From the IMG/VR virus record IMGVR_UViG_3300017761_005873, positions 32,001-96,000 of that record: DNA of 64,000 bases; one strand, given 5' to 3'. The notes under the pieces were generated by a model, which did no database searches, had not been told where the DNA came from, and saw only the letters and a program-made list of their open reading frames with translations. The translations under genes were made by a program, and so were the position numbers. Shown piece by piece: positions 38,869 through 50,400 of this stretch (its first letter is position 1; every line of letters starts with the position of its first letter). This DNA comes from a virus.

Positions 38869-39834
38869 ATGATTACACAAGAAAGATTAGAATTTAAACC
38901 ATTTCAATATCAATGGGCATATGAGGCATGGTTTAAACAACAGAATGCACATTGGTTGCATACTGAAATTAATATGCAAAAAGATGTTAAAGATTGGAAT
39001 AATGGTTTAACATTTAAAGAAAAAAATGTTATTGGTAACATCCTAAAAGGATTTACACAAACAGAAACTGTTGTTAATGACTATTGGTCAACTTATGTAA
39101 CAAAATGGTTTCCTGTTCCTGAAATTAAAATGATGGCAAGTACATTTGGAGCATTTGAAACAATCCATGCTGTTGCTTATTCATATCTTAATGATACATT
39201 GGGTTTAACAGACTTTAAATCATTTATGGAGGATGATGCTACTATGGCTAAACTTGAAGCATTGATGGAAATTGACCCTAATGATACAAATCTTACTAAT
39301 ATTGCAAGAAGTCTTGCATTATTCTCTGCTTGTGCAGAAGGCATCCAATTATATTCTTCATTTGCAGTTCTTCTTTCTTTTAGAAAAAAGAATATGATGA
39401 CAGGTATTGGTCAACAAATGATTTTTTCAGTTCGTGATGAATCTCTACACTCTGAATCAGGTTGTAAGTTGTTCAGAACATTAATTGAAGAAAATCCATC
39501 AATTTGGACAGATGAATTAAAAAATACAATTTATCAAGGTGTTGATTTAGCAATTACCAATGAATTTAATTACATTGATAAAATATTTGAACTTGGTAAT
39601 TTGGAAACCATTACAAAAGATATTCTTAAAAACTTTATGTTTGACAGAGCAAACAGAAAACTTAAAGAGTTAATGTTACAACCTGTCTATACTGTTGATA
39701 ATGATTTACTTAAAGAAATGGAATGGTTTTATATTGCTACATCAGGCGAACAACAAACCGATTTCTTTGCAAATCGTGAAACTTCATACTCAAAACCAAA
39801 TGAAGATTGGAATAATACAGATGACTTATTTTAA
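38869..39834 (+). CDS. nrdB: Ribonucleotide reductase class I beta subunit
   Basis: HW..E, ETIHAVAY, EGIQLYSSF, RDESLH, DFF motifs. Confidence 0.93.
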   Translation: MITQERLEFKPFQYQWAYEAWFKQQNAHWLHTEINMQKDVKDWNNGLTFKEKNVIGNILKGFTQTETVVNDYWSTYVTKWFPVPEIKMMASTFGAFETIHAVAYSYLNDTLGLTDFKSFMEDDATMAKLEALMEIDPNDTNLTNIARSLALFSACAEGIQLYSSFAVLLSFRKKNMMTGIGQQMIFSVRDESLHSESGCKLFRTLIEENPSIWTDELKNTIYQGVDLAITNEFNYIDKIFELGNLETITKDILKNFMFDRANRKLKELMLQPVYTVDNDLLKEMEWFYIATSGEQQTDFFANRETSYSKPNEDWNNTDDLF

Positions 39835-39843
39835 AATAAAAAA

Positions 39844-41580
39844 ATGAAATTAGAAACACACGACATAGCTAGAAACATGGGTTGGAAAGTTGGTATTGAC
39901 TTTCCTGAATGGGGTAATAATGCACTTTACCTTACAACGATTAAAGGTGGATACCTTCTTGATGGTGAAACACCAAAAGATGGATATACAAGAGTATCAT
40001 CAAGAGCAGCAGAGTTATTAAATAAACCTGAATTTCAAGAAAGATTCTTTGATATTCTTTGGAAAGGATGGTTAATTCCATCTACACCTGTAATGGCTAA
40101 TCTTGGAACAGATGTAGCATTACCTATTAGTTGTTTCTCTTCTCATGTTGGTGATTCTATGTATGAAATCTATCGTAAGAATCTTGAGATGGCAATGCTT
40201 TCAAAATATGGTGGAGGTACTGCATACGATTTTTCTTCAATCAGAGCAATGGGTACTAAAATCAAAGATGGTAGAGGTGGAAGTTCAGATGGTATAATTC
40301 CATTTATTAAATCTTATGACTCAACTATCTTAGCATCTAAGCAAGGAAAGACAAGAAGAGGTGCTGTAGCGATTTATTTGAATGCAGAACATGGTGAATT
40401 CAAAGAATTTCTTGAAGTAAGAGAACCAAAAGGTGATGTAAATAGACAATCACACAATATTCATCAAGGCGCAATTTTTACAGATGAGTTTATGAATAAA
40501 GTTGTTGATAAAAATGGTAAGGAAAGAGAAATTTGGCTTGAAACTTTAAAGAAAAGAGTAAAGACAGGTGAACCTTATACTATGTTCATTGACAATGCTA
40601 ATAATTCTGTACCTGATTGGTGGCATAAAAATAATTTGAAGATTAGACATTCAAATCTTTGTTCTGAAATCTTTTTACCAACAGATGAAAATCATACTTT
40701 AGTGTGTTGTCTTTCTTCCTTAAATCTTGTTAAGTTTGAAGAATGGAAAGGTACTGATACTGTTTATCTTTCTGTAATGTTTTTAGATGCTGTAATGGAA
40801 GACTTTCTTCAAAAGGGTAACTCAGAGTCATATAAAGGAATTGAGGATGCTGTGCGCTTTGCTACGAAGTCAAGAGCATTAGGATTGGGTGCATTAGGTT
40901 GGCATAGTTTCTTACAAAGCAAATTAATTCCATTTGTTTCTATTGAAGCTAATGCTTGGACTAATATTATCTTTAAATATATTAAAGATGAATCCGAAAG
41001 AGCAACAATGGATTTGGCAAAAGAATATGGCGAACCTGAATGGTGTCAAGGAACAGGTAGAAGAAACTTAACTCTTCTTGCTATTGCACCAAATAGGTCT
41101 TCATCAAAACTAGCAGGTGGTTATTCACAAGGTGTTGAACCAATTGCAGCAAACATTTATATGGATGATGATGCAAAAGGATTACACATTAGAAGAAATC
41201 CATTTTTAGAACAATTATTAGAATCTAAAGGTAAAAACTTACCACAGGTTTGGGATGCAATTTCTGAAGATAAGGGTTCGGTTATTAATGTTAGATGTAT
41301 GAGTACAGAAGAAAAGGCTGTTTTCAAAACATTCAAGGAAATTAATCAACTTGAACTTGTTAGACAGGCAGGTATTCGTCAAAAATATATTGACCAAGGA
41401 CAATCATTGAATCTTGCATTCTTTAATGATGCACCTGCTAAGTTTATTAATCAAGTTCACATTGAAGCATGGAAACTTGGATTAAAATCTTTATATTATT
41501 TGAGGTCTGAGTCTGTATTGAGAGCAGATACAAAAGAACAAAGAGATTTATATTCAGAATGTATAATGTGTGAAGGATAA
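39844..41580 (+). CDS. nrdA: Ribonucleotide reductase class I alpha subunit (short, no ATP cone)
   Basis: PISCF, GGG, RRGA, SNLCSE, VCCLSS, APN.SS, IDQGQS, KSLYY, C-terminal CIMCEG. Confidence 0.95.
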   Translation: MKLETHDIARNMGWKVGIDFPEWGNNALYLTTIKGGYLLDGETPKDGYTRVSSRAAELLNKPEFQERFFDILWKGWLIPSTPVMANLGTDVALPISCFSSHVGDSMYEIYRKNLEMAMLSKYGGGTAYDFSSIRAMGTKIKDGRGGSSDGIIPFIKSYDSTILASKQGKTRRGAVAIYLNAEHGEFKEFLEVREPKGDVNRQSHNIHQGAIFTDEFMNKVVDKNGKEREIWLETLKKRVKTGEPYTMFIDNANNSVPDWWHKNNLKIRHSNLCSEIFLPTDENHTLVCCLSSLNLVKFEEWKGTDTVYLSVMFLDAVMEDFLQKGNSESYKGIEDAVRFATKSRALGLGALGWHSFLQSKLIPFVSIEANAWTNIIFKYIKDESERATMDLAKEYGEPEWCQGTGRRNLTLLAIAPNRSSSKLAGGYSQGVEPIAANIYMDDDAKGLHIRRNPFLEQLLESKGKNLPQVWDAISEDKGSVINVRCMSTEEKAVFKTFKEINQLELVRQAGIRQKYIDQGQSLNLAFFNDAPAKFINQVHIEAWKLGLKSLYYLRSESVLRADTKEQRDLYSECIMCEG

Positions 41581-41988
41581 ATGGAATCTTTAATTAGAAA
41601 TAAAAATTATTTAAAAAAAGTTATTGATTTTACAGGAATCAGTAATAAAAAAATACATCCATCTGATATAGATTGTGTTTTAGAATTTAATGATAGATAT
41701 TTAATTCTTATGGAATTTAAATTTCAAAAAGAAGGTGTTACCATTCCAACAGGACAACAATTATTGTTAGAAAGAATTTCTAAAGCATGGGATAAATCGG
41801 ATTCAATAAAAAAATCAGTTATCTTAAAAGTTATTCACAATTCAAATGATGATGTTATTTTAGCAAGAAATTGTAAAGTTACTGAAATCTATGCTGACAA
41901 AAAATGGTTTAAAACTAAAATGGAATTAAAAAAATGTTTGCTCAAACTAGGTGAAAAATGGGATTGCGAAAAATTAAAACTAATGTGA
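41581..41988 (+). CDS. Putative PD-(D/E)xK nuclease-fold protein
   Basis: PSDIDCVLEF...LMEFK...GQ pattern. Confidence 0.45.
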   Translation: MESLIRNKNYLKKVIDFTGISNKKIHPSDIDCVLEFNDRYLILMEFKFQKEGVTIPTGQQLLLERISKAWDKSDSIKKSVILKVIHNSNDDVILARNCKVTEIYADKKWFKTKMELKKCLLKLGEKWDCEKLKLM

Positions 41989-42425
41989 TAAAACTAATCC
42001 CCATAATTTGGGGATTTTTTACTTTATCTGTTTATGGTCAAAAGATAGGTAAACCTAAACTTTCTTTGAAAGATTATTCAAGAAAAGAATTTTTTAATAT
42101 CCTATTAAAAGAAAATGGATATATTGAAATTGAGGTTGAAGTTAGAATGACAGATATTTTTGAAAAAGTTCAAATAATTGATTTATATAGAAGAAAAAAT
42201 TTTTTTGTACCATGCCATGATGATGATTATATTCTTGATAAGAATAATAAAATTTTCTTAAAAAAGAAAATAATTTTATTGAATCAACTAAAAGAAAAAG
42301 GAGAGTTCTATAGTATAAATCTAAAGTTAATTAGTAAAACAAATAAAAAACTTTATAATGAAAATATAAAACTCTCCAAAAGAAGATTAATAAACAAAGA
42401 AAAGATTAAAATTAAGTTTATTTAA
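41985..42425 (+). CDS. Hypothetical protein with putative signal peptide
   Basis: In-frame GTG at 41985 overlapping the upstream TGA gives MIKLIPIIWGFFTLSVYG-Q; track start 41958. Confidence 0.55.
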   Translation: MIKLIPIIWGFFTLSVYGQKIGKPKLSLKDYSRKEFFNILLKENGYIEIEVEVRMTDIFEKVQIIDLYRRKNFFVPCHDDDYILDKNNKIFLKKKIILLNQLKEKGEFYSINLKLISKTNKKLYNENIKLSKRRLINKEKIKIKFI

Positions 42426-42461
42426 TTATAATTTTCATTACTTTTGAATCTTTCTCTTCTT

Positions 42462-42773
42462 TCAATTTACATTCAATACTAGAATACATTTCTCAAATTT
42501 TACATTTATACTATTAACATCATAATATTTTAATGGTAGATAATATTTTTTGTAATACTGACTATCTAACATACTTGAATTACCTTCAACTGTCAAATAG
42601 TCATTTTCATATGATACAGAAACTTCTTCTTTATCAAATCCTGCAAATTGTAATTGTTTAACAAAGTCTTTCTTATCATTATTTAAAGAAAAATATTGCC
42701 ATCTTGATGTACTAACATCAGTCCTTAAACCAGCATCTTTTAAAAAGATATCTTCAAGATTATAATTTATCAT
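42462..42773 (-). CDS. Small heat-shock protein (Hsp20/alpha-crystallin-like)
   Basis: FAGFDKEEVSVSYENDYLTVEG...LP...INVKFEKCILVL. Confidence 0.8.
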   Translation of the reverse strand: MINYNLEDIFLKDAGLRTDVSTSRWQYFSLNNDKKDFVKQLQFAGFDKEEVSVSYENDYLTVEGNSSMLDSQYYKKYYLPLKYYDVNSINVKFEKCILVLNVN

Positions 42774-42815
42774 AATATTTTTATTTTATACATATAAATA
42801 TACAATATTTATACC

Positions 42816-42848
42816 AAAAAAAATCCCATCGGATACCAATGGGATTTT
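42816..42848 (-). terminator. Intrinsic terminator downstream of the tail tube gene
   Basis: AAAATCCCAT / ATGGGATTTT stem with an A-run on the plus strand (U-tract on minus). Confidence 0.75.
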
Positions 42849-42871
42849 CAATTTTTAAATTATTACTATTA

Positions 42872-43366
42872 TTAGTAATTATTTTCAGCTAAGTCGTAAC
42901 TTAAAGTAAGCGTAATTTTTTGTACTTCATCACTAGTATATTCATTCTTTCCAAAATCAATATTACTGATGAATGCTCCAAAAATTGTGAACTGTTGAAC
43001 ACCTACAAGAGTTGGGTCAAGAGCAACAAGTCTTAAATCTTTCTTATAACCTGAAGCATAACCCATTCTACCTGTTAAGTTTTCAGCACATAGTCTATAC
43101 CATTCCATAATCAATTGTACTGAGGATGGACCTTGTAAGTCAATTAATTCAACAGTTAGGTCATCAAAAGTTACATGACCTGCAACTTTTTGTTCATAGT
43201 TCAAATATTTAATTGGAACTGAGTTAACTTTCATTTTAGGTCTATCAACAGCATTAACAATCCAAGCATATTGACTCATGTCAATATCACCTGGGAAAAA
43301 CAACTCAAACCTATTAGGTCTGAGAGGTTCATATTGGGTAGGTACATTTCTAAATCCTTGTGGCAT
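42872..43366 (-). CDS. Tail tube protein (gp19-like)
   Basis: EPLRPNRF, RPK, GYKKD, LDP, GAFISNIDFG..Y, LSYD; directly after the sheath gene. Confidence 0.88.
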   Translation of the reverse strand: MPQGFRNVPTQYEPLRPNRFELFFPGDIDMSQYAWIVNAVDRPKMKVNSVPIKYLNYEQKVAGHVTFDDLTVELIDLQGPSSVQLIMEWYRLCAENLTGRMGYASGYKKDLRLVALDPTLVGVQQFTIFGAFISNIDFGKNEYTSDEVQKITLTLSYDLAENNY

Positions 43367-43402
43367 TTTATTTCTTTATTTTAAATAGTATTTTTTTATT
43401 GT

Positions 43403-46396
43403 TTATCCATTAAAACTTAGTGAACTTGTAGATTTATTTACAACAAATGTTAGACCAATAAACTCAACTGCACCTATTGGTAACAAGTCAATCACAAAGT
43501 AGATTTCATTTCTATCTCTACTTTCAGGTGTATTTAATGTATTATCTAATCTAACTCTAAATGTTTGTAAACCTCTGTTATCTTGAATAACTTTAAGTTT
43601 CTTATTAGATTCTGCAATAAAGTTAGTTGCTAACACATCATCATTTGGTTCAAATAAGTAAAGTCTAGCTTGAGAAGAAATAATTTGTTTTGCATAAAGA
43701 AGAAGTCTTCTTACATCAATTCTATCAAGTTTTGAATCTGCAATTTGTAATGTTTTCTGACCATAAATGAATACACCAGGAGTATTATTAGAGAATTTAA
43801 CAATTGGATTTAATCTTGCAAGGTATAATGTATCCCTATCGGATTCTTTAAATGTTTTTCTTACATCTCTAGCATTTGGAAGACCACCTCTATTTAAACC
43901 TGCTGTTGCAAACCAAATAAATGATGTTCTATCAGCTAAAGCCATCGCTCTTAAAACTTCACCTGTTGGTGGAATGTAAATGTTTGTATTTGAATCAGGG
44001 TCTTTTCTTCTAATGTATGGTACATAAGTAGCAGCATAAGAAGAATCAATATCTGTTGACTCTAAATCAACTGCATAAGAATTTGCTGCAACTGTTGAAG
44101 TATCATTAGCACCAGCATCAGGAGCATCAATAATATAAAGTGCATCTTGACGAATTTCTTCAATAATACTAATTGTATCTTCAACAAGACCTAAATTATC
44201 AGACCAATTTATACCTGGTGTTGCAAATAAATTAATTGGTGTTCTTTCAGTATCTTCATAAACTCTATATGCTTCAAGATATGCATCATAATCACAACCT
44301 TCAAAATATGAATTACCTCCACCTGGATTAAAGATAGATGTAATTGACCTTCCACCTACAACTTCATAATTTACATCCCAACCATCAAATCCACCATATG
44401 GAACAACTACAAACTTTCTTGTAGTAATATCTGAATAAACTCCTGTATTATTAAATTGACCTGCACCAACAGAAAATTCACCAATTAAATATGATGATGC
44501 TGTATATTTTCCTGTTGCATTAACATCAAAATGGAAACCTTTTGTTTTATAAGAAGATTGACCACCAAATGTTGTATTTGGTCCATAAAACTTAAACATA
44601 TCATCATTAATTGACAAACCTTTAGTTCCAGGTGCATCAAAAGCTTTTTCCGAAATACCTAAATATGTTTTTAAAACTTTATCTGTTGCTGTATAACCTG
44701 TTTTATATAACATTACAGGTGTTGCAGCACTAACTGAATCAGTAGTACTAACACTAAACAATGGTAAATGATAACCTTCAAAACCAGCAGGTATTGAATC
44801 AACAGGTGCATCAACGTGTACATTTACATAAACATATGCCGATTTAGCATCTTCTAAGAATGAATCTTCAGCATTACTATAAACACCACCAATTCTTCTC
44901 ATAATGAAATTATTACTTTCTGGGTCCATAACACATCTTCCAAATCTTTCAAGAATTGATGGATTTGTATCTGTATCATTGTAATCTCTAATAATAATAT
45001 CAAATTCTAATGTATTAAAATTAATATTTTCAACTGCAACCTTTATTTCTTTATTTGCAGAATCACCATCAGAATATGAAATAAATTTAAATAATCTACT
45101 GATTTTACTTCCATATAACTCAGAAACAATCCAAGGTGTTTCAGGTGTAGTATAACCAACACCTAAATTGTAATCTGAAAACGATGCCGAAGAAGTACCA
45201 CCTAATTGTATTATATCTTTAATTTCATTTATTTTACCATCTGTAGTAAGTTTTTTTATTAAATCAGGATAAATAGCTTCACACCATACATTTGCTTTAG
45301 TATCGCTATTTTTCCTTCCCATTGCTTTTGTAATGAAATTTGATGAAGTAGAATCTAAATTAAATGTTAGTGTTTCACTAACAGTTGCACCATATGCTGT
45401 AATAGTAATATTAGATAAAGGGATTGCATTATTAAATGTAGCTGTAACAGAAGAAATGTTAAATGTAGCATTTTCTTGTGAACCCTGACCTCTACTTCTT
45501 AAAATTGCTACCACCATGTTTTCATAAACAGGGTCAGTTTTTGCTGTAAATGTAAAAGCACTATATGATGCAACTCCTGATGCAGGTGTTACTTTTTCAC
45601 TTGCAGAAAATGTAGTTGCTGTATATCTAATTGAACTTGTTAGAGAACTAGAAACATATCCACTAACAACTAAAAAAGCTGTTAAACCTGTGTAAGTACT
45701 AGTTGTAGAATCATAAGCCCATATAAGTGGTAAATTATTCAAACTAGTTCCTGTTGTTGCTGTTGCACTTACAAGAGATATACCATAAAGTGTTTGACCT
45801 GTATAACTTGTAATTCCAGTAACTGAACCTGTTGCTGCACTAGTTGCTGCACTAACTGTAGATGATGAAGCCGAAAAACCTGAAATTTTTAGATAAACAG
45901 TTTGTGCAGTTGCAACTGAATTTGTTTTATTATATATTAAAGGTAAATTGTTATAATCACCATTACCAGTAATATTAATACCTAAGAATGTTGATGTTGA
46001 AACAGAGACAGAACCACTTATTTCAGTAGTAGTTAATGCTGTTGAAGAAACAGGTGCGCCAACTCTAATAGCCCAACCCAAACCTGCATTATAACCTGAT
46101 TTTCCAAGAATTCTTGTAAAATAAAGTTGACTACCTTCTTCTAAAAAAGTATTAGCATATGTTGGTGCGAGAAATTTCATTTTTCCTGAACCATCTATAA
46201 ATTTTTCAGCAGATGTACCACCAAAATATCTTCTAAATTCTGCTTTTGATGTAACCAAAATTGACGCAAATGCTGGTCCTTTTAATGATTCACCTGCCAT
46301 ACCAACTGAGGTAATGCCTAGTGATGCAGTTGAAGCGAAACTTCTGTCTATTTCTTGAAATTTAACGCTAGGGGATTTAAAATTAAAATTTGCCAT
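43403..46396 (-). CDS. Tail sheath protein (gp18-like) with large S/T-rich insertion
   Basis: SPSV..QEID, KGPAF, WFATAGLNRG, YGQKTLQ..LDRIDVRRLL, FEPND. Confidence 0.93.
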   Translation of the reverse strand: MANFNFKSPSVKFQEIDRSFASTASLGITSVGMAGESLKGPAFASILVTSKAEFRRYFGGTSAEKFIDGSGKMKFLAPTYANTFLEEGSQLYFTRILGKSGYNAGLGWAIRVGAPVSSTALTTTEISGSVSVSTSTFLGINITGNGDYNNLPLIYNKTNSVATAQTVYLKISGFSASSSTVSAATSAATGSVTGITSYTGQTLYGISLVSATATTGTSLNNLPLIWAYDSTTSTYTGLTAFLVVSGYVSSSLTSSIRYTATTFSASEKVTPASGVASYSAFTFTAKTDPVYENMVVAILRSRGQGSQENATFNISSVTATFNNAIPLSNITITAYGATVSETLTFNLDSTSSNFITKAMGRKNSDTKANVWCEAIYPDLIKKLTTDGKINEIKDIIQLGGTSSASFSDYNLGVGYTTPETPWIVSELYGSKISRLFKFISYSDGDSANKEIKVAVENINFNTLEFDIIIRDYNDTDTNPSILERFGRCVMDPESNNFIMRRIGGVYSNAEDSFLEDAKSAYVYVNVHVDAPVDSIPAGFEGYHLPLFSVSTTDSVSAATPVMLYKTGYTATDKVLKTYLGISEKAFDAPGTKGLSINDDMFKFYGPNTTFGGQSSYKTKGFHFDVNATGKYTASSYLIGEFSVGAGQFNNTGVYSDITTRKFVVVPYGGFDGWDVNYEVVGGRSITSIFNPGGGNSYFEGCDYDAYLEAYRVYEDTERTPINLFATPGINWSDNLGLVEDTISIIEEIRQDALYIIDAPDAGANDTSTVAANSYAVDLESTDIDSSYAATYVPYIRRKDPDSNTNIYIPPTGEVLRAMALADRTSFIWFATAGLNRGGLPNARDVRKTFKESDRDTLYLARLNPIVKFSNNTPGVFIYGQKTLQIADSKLDRIDVRRLLLYAKQIISSQARLYLFEPNDDVLATNFIAESNKKLKVIQDNRGLQTFRVRLDNTLNTPESRDRNEIYFVIDLLPIGAVEFIGLTFVVNKSTSSLSFNG

Positions 46397-46438
46397 TTTA
46401 TAATATAGTTTATTATAACTAGTTTTTTATTTTAAACT

Positions 46439-47398
46439 TTAATTAATTTTTATATTTTTAGCCAATAAATTTTCAATGTTTTGTAATTCCTTTCTTAAAT
46501 CTTCTATTTTATAAAGAGAATTTTGTGAATATGTTGGAGGTATACTAGGATGTTGATGTATATGATTTAAAAACACCTCTGTCAATGTTCTTAAATATTG
46601 AATAGTCAATTCTCCATAAAGCATTGATTGAGCATTTTTTTTTAATTCATTAACATCATCTTTTGTTATAGTTTTTTTAAATCTAAATCTACCTTTATGT
46701 GATATTAAATAAATTTCATCACCTGCTGTTAAACTGTATGAACTATTTTCATCTATAAATTCTAAAATTGAATATACAGGATTTTGAAAATTTGGTTCGG
46801 ATGGTTTATCTTTTTTATGTTTACCTGCTCTTAATTTAATTTTATTATCAGATTGTGATATTTCAGTATTATTTCTACCAACAATATTAACTTCATTTAC
46901 ACCATTTTCATTATCAATGGGAAAAATAGTTCTTTCTGTATTTTTTTTATTTTTTGATTTAACTTGTAATGGGTCATAATTAATGCTTTTTGTTATAATA
47001 GAATTTGAACTTATATCATTAATTATATCTTGGGTATCATTTTTTATATATTCATAATTTGTTATTATTGGACCTATCCAAAATCTATTTGATAAAATTT
47101 GTGATTCTTTTTCTTTTTTTGCATCAGCAAAAAATACCAAAACTGCCTCACCAATTTTTGGCATTACATGAACAATTCTTGACATTAATGGATATACATA
47201 TGGTAAAGAATCAATTGGTGTTTTTGATTGGTCTATACCACTAATAAATACTTTTATTCTTCCTGTATTATTATCATCATCAATACTTACAACTTTAGCA
47301 ATATAAATATTTTTATTCAATGACAATGGTACATTTGTTCCAAATGAACTTTTTTGAAAATTCTTACCATACGTTAATTCACCACCAATTTCAGACAT
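46439..47398 (-). CDS. Baseplate central spike / gp5-like OB-fold protein
   Basis: AKVVSIDD...GRIKV, MPKIGEAV, RFWIG and a C-terminal HIHQH metal-binding apex motif. Confidence 0.75.
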   Translation of the reverse strand: MSEIGGELTYGKNFQKSSFGTNVPLSLNKNIYIAKVVSIDDDNNTGRIKVFISGIDQSKTPIDSLPYVYPLMSRIVHVMPKIGEAVLVFFADAKKEKESQILSNRFWIGPIITNYEYIKNDTQDIINDISSNSIITKSINYDPLQVKSKNKKNTERTIFPIDNENGVNEVNIVGRNNTEISQSDNKIKLRAGKHKKDKPSEPNFQNPVYSILEFIDENSSYSLTAGDEIYLISHKGRFRFKKTITKDDVNELKKNAQSMLYGELTIQYLRTLTEVFLNHIHQHPSIPPTYSQNSLYKIEDLRKELQNIENLLAKNIKIN

Positions 47399-47400
47399 AA

Positions 47401-50400
47401 TTATAAAGGTAATTGTATTGTATAAGTCTGACTATATGTTACAGAACTTAAATTTATATTATTTATTGTTTTAAAATATTTTTTAGAAGCAATTCTATAA
47501 AAATAAGATAATCCAAGAACTAAACTATTTGGTGGTGTTGATAAATCTACCCAATTAAAAATTTGTGAATAAGATACATTTATATAATCATATGGAGTGT
47601 CAACGCTATAAATACTTGTACCTGTTAAACCTGTGTTTGTTATATTATAAAATTCATGAGTAAAATTACCAATAACATTATTTGGTATTTGGTTTTGTAT
47701 TGACCAATTAATTTGATAAGTTGGACCTGTTGCATCAATTGAAGCACCACCACCATAAGGTGCAAAGTAAGCAACACTTAATACTGTTGGGTCTGTAATT
47801 GCAAAAGTTAAAATAATTTTACTTGTATCAAAAGCAGATATAGAATAGTCAATATTTTCACTTAACAAAACACCATTCCAATAAACAATAATATCACTAT
47901 TAGCAATTCTATTATATGTTAAATTAATTTCATATTTTGAAGTTGTTATATTATATGTAATACTTGTAGAACCTGTATATTGGAAATCTTCTTTTATTAA
48001 TCTATTAACACTATTTGGATTCTTATAATATGATACTGTAAGTACATCACCATGTTCAGATGTTAATCTTTGAAATAAAGTAAAACTACGATTTCTTATA
48101 GAAGGTACAAGTATTGTATTATCAATGTCATACTCTAACCCCTCTTGTAATGTTACACCATTAACTGCTACAATTATATCACCAATTGGTTCATTTTGTA
48201 ATATAAATTTAGAAAATTCAGGTACACTAATAACAGTTGATTCAACAACCAATCCTTCTGTTTCTTGCACATTAGGGAAAGTTAAAATTGGTTCATCAGG
48301 ATTACAATTTGAAACAAAATAATAGTCAACATCCTTATTATAATTTCTAAATAATGGTGTATAATTGGTCTTAGGTATCAATGAAGAAATTTTTGAACCT
48401 GAAGATAAACTAAATTTAGTATAATCAAAAAATCTTATACTATTCCTATAATTTTTATTATAAGCAGAATAAATAAATTCTTCATACATATTATATGGTT
48501 TCTGTGGTGCAAATATCTGTTCTTCTTGTGAGCAACCACTATACATAAAATATGGTTTTATAATATATTCAGAATCACATCTTAATAATGAATCATCAAT
48601 TAATGTTGATATAGTTGTTGATGTTGTAAATGCCGTAGAAGTTGCACTAAATGTATATACAGGGATATCATCAAAACCTAAAATAATAGGTGAGTTATTA
48701 TATTTATGGACACCATAATAAAATTCAGTTGTTGCTGCTGTTAATGTTTCAGTTCCTGATGTAAAATTAAAAGAAACAGTATGACCTGTTCCTGTTGATT
48801 TTTCATATAATGAATTATTTGTTAAACTAGATAATTCTATTTTTGTTGCACCTGTTATATCAAATGTTGGTGTTTCACTATCACAAATTACACCATCCCA
48901 AGTTGGTTGAATATTTCTAGCTTGATAAACTGAAGTTAAAAAATCCGTATCAATATTACCATTATTACCAATTTTAACTTCTGTTGATATTGATGCAACA
49001 CTTAAACTATCTTCATTATTATCAAAAAATTCAGTTTCAATCAAAATAATATTTATGTCATCATTATTTGGTATTTCTGCATCTGGTGTAACCGTTAATT
49101 CAGTTGAAAACTCAGAACCATCATCAATACCTTGTTTATAAACAAATTTTTGTTGTGTAAATACTGTGTTTCTAATTTTTGTACCACTATCTCTTGTTAT
49201 TGTTGTTGCAGGAATAAATTGCTTTACAAAATCATCAAATATATCATCTAAATTATCGACATATTTCATTAATTCTATAAATCTTCTTTTATTTGAAACA
49301 ACACCAATATCATTAAAAGATTCGTTTAAATAATCATAATATAATTTTGTTAATGATGGATAATATGAACCAATAGCAGAATCACTTACTTTCCTATTTT
49401 GAACATTAATAAATTTTGAATAAACATCATTAACATATTGTGAAAATGTTAGTTCATTTGCATCAAATTTATTTGATTCTCTTTGTGGATATGGTATAGT
49501 TCTACCTGTATCTGTTACAGGATAATTATATTCTTTATTAAAATTATAAACATCACATTCAATAGCTGTTGCAATATCAATTCCTATCGAAACTTCTTTT
49601 GTATTTATTAACAATCTTGAATCATTAATATTATAATTTGTATTTCTTCCTGTTGATGAATGTGTACTTGCACTTTCATAGTAAACCCAAGATTTTTTAT
49701 TATCAACTGTTTTTACAACATCAAATCCTAAATTTCTATAAATATTTATAAAATCTTGTCCTCCATCTTCATTACCATTTGTTTGAAAATATTGAGTTGA
49801 TGTAAATGTTTGATTAATAGGAAATCCATCACTATCATATGGTAATCTAATAGCATCAGGATTATCTATTGTAATAATAGCAGCATTACTACTAATTGGT
49901 TTATCAACAACATAAACATATTCATCAAAATTTATTAAACAATCAGGCGCACCAATAAAACTGAATATAGTTTCTAGTGCATTTCTTGTTCCTTTTGATT
50001 TCATGAACCATGCAGTATTAATAACCAATCTCCTCCATAATTCAATATCAACTTCTGCAAGTGAAGCTGTTATATCAGTATCACCTCCTTTATCATTTGC
50101 AAATACTGAAGAAATTAAATCTTTATCATTAATTATATTTCTTGCTTTCCAACCTAATGTTCTTGCAAGATTTTTAATTAATGTATCAGGAATATTATTT
50201 ACTTTATCATATGAGTTTGCATTAATACTCATTAATGAATCGATGAACATTTTAACTTCATCGATTTCTTTTCCATAAATTTTAAATATTGATTCAGATT
50301 TATATGATGTTGTTGTATCTAAATCAAGTAATGTTTTTGGAATAAATTTTCTTAATATTAAATTAGATTTATATTCATCATATAAATCACCAACTTCAAA

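Noticed and set aside
38869-41580. Introns or inteins in nrdA/nrdB (also checked recA)
   Set aside because: ORFs are uninterrupted and of compact length, with no intein termini or homing endonuclease motifs
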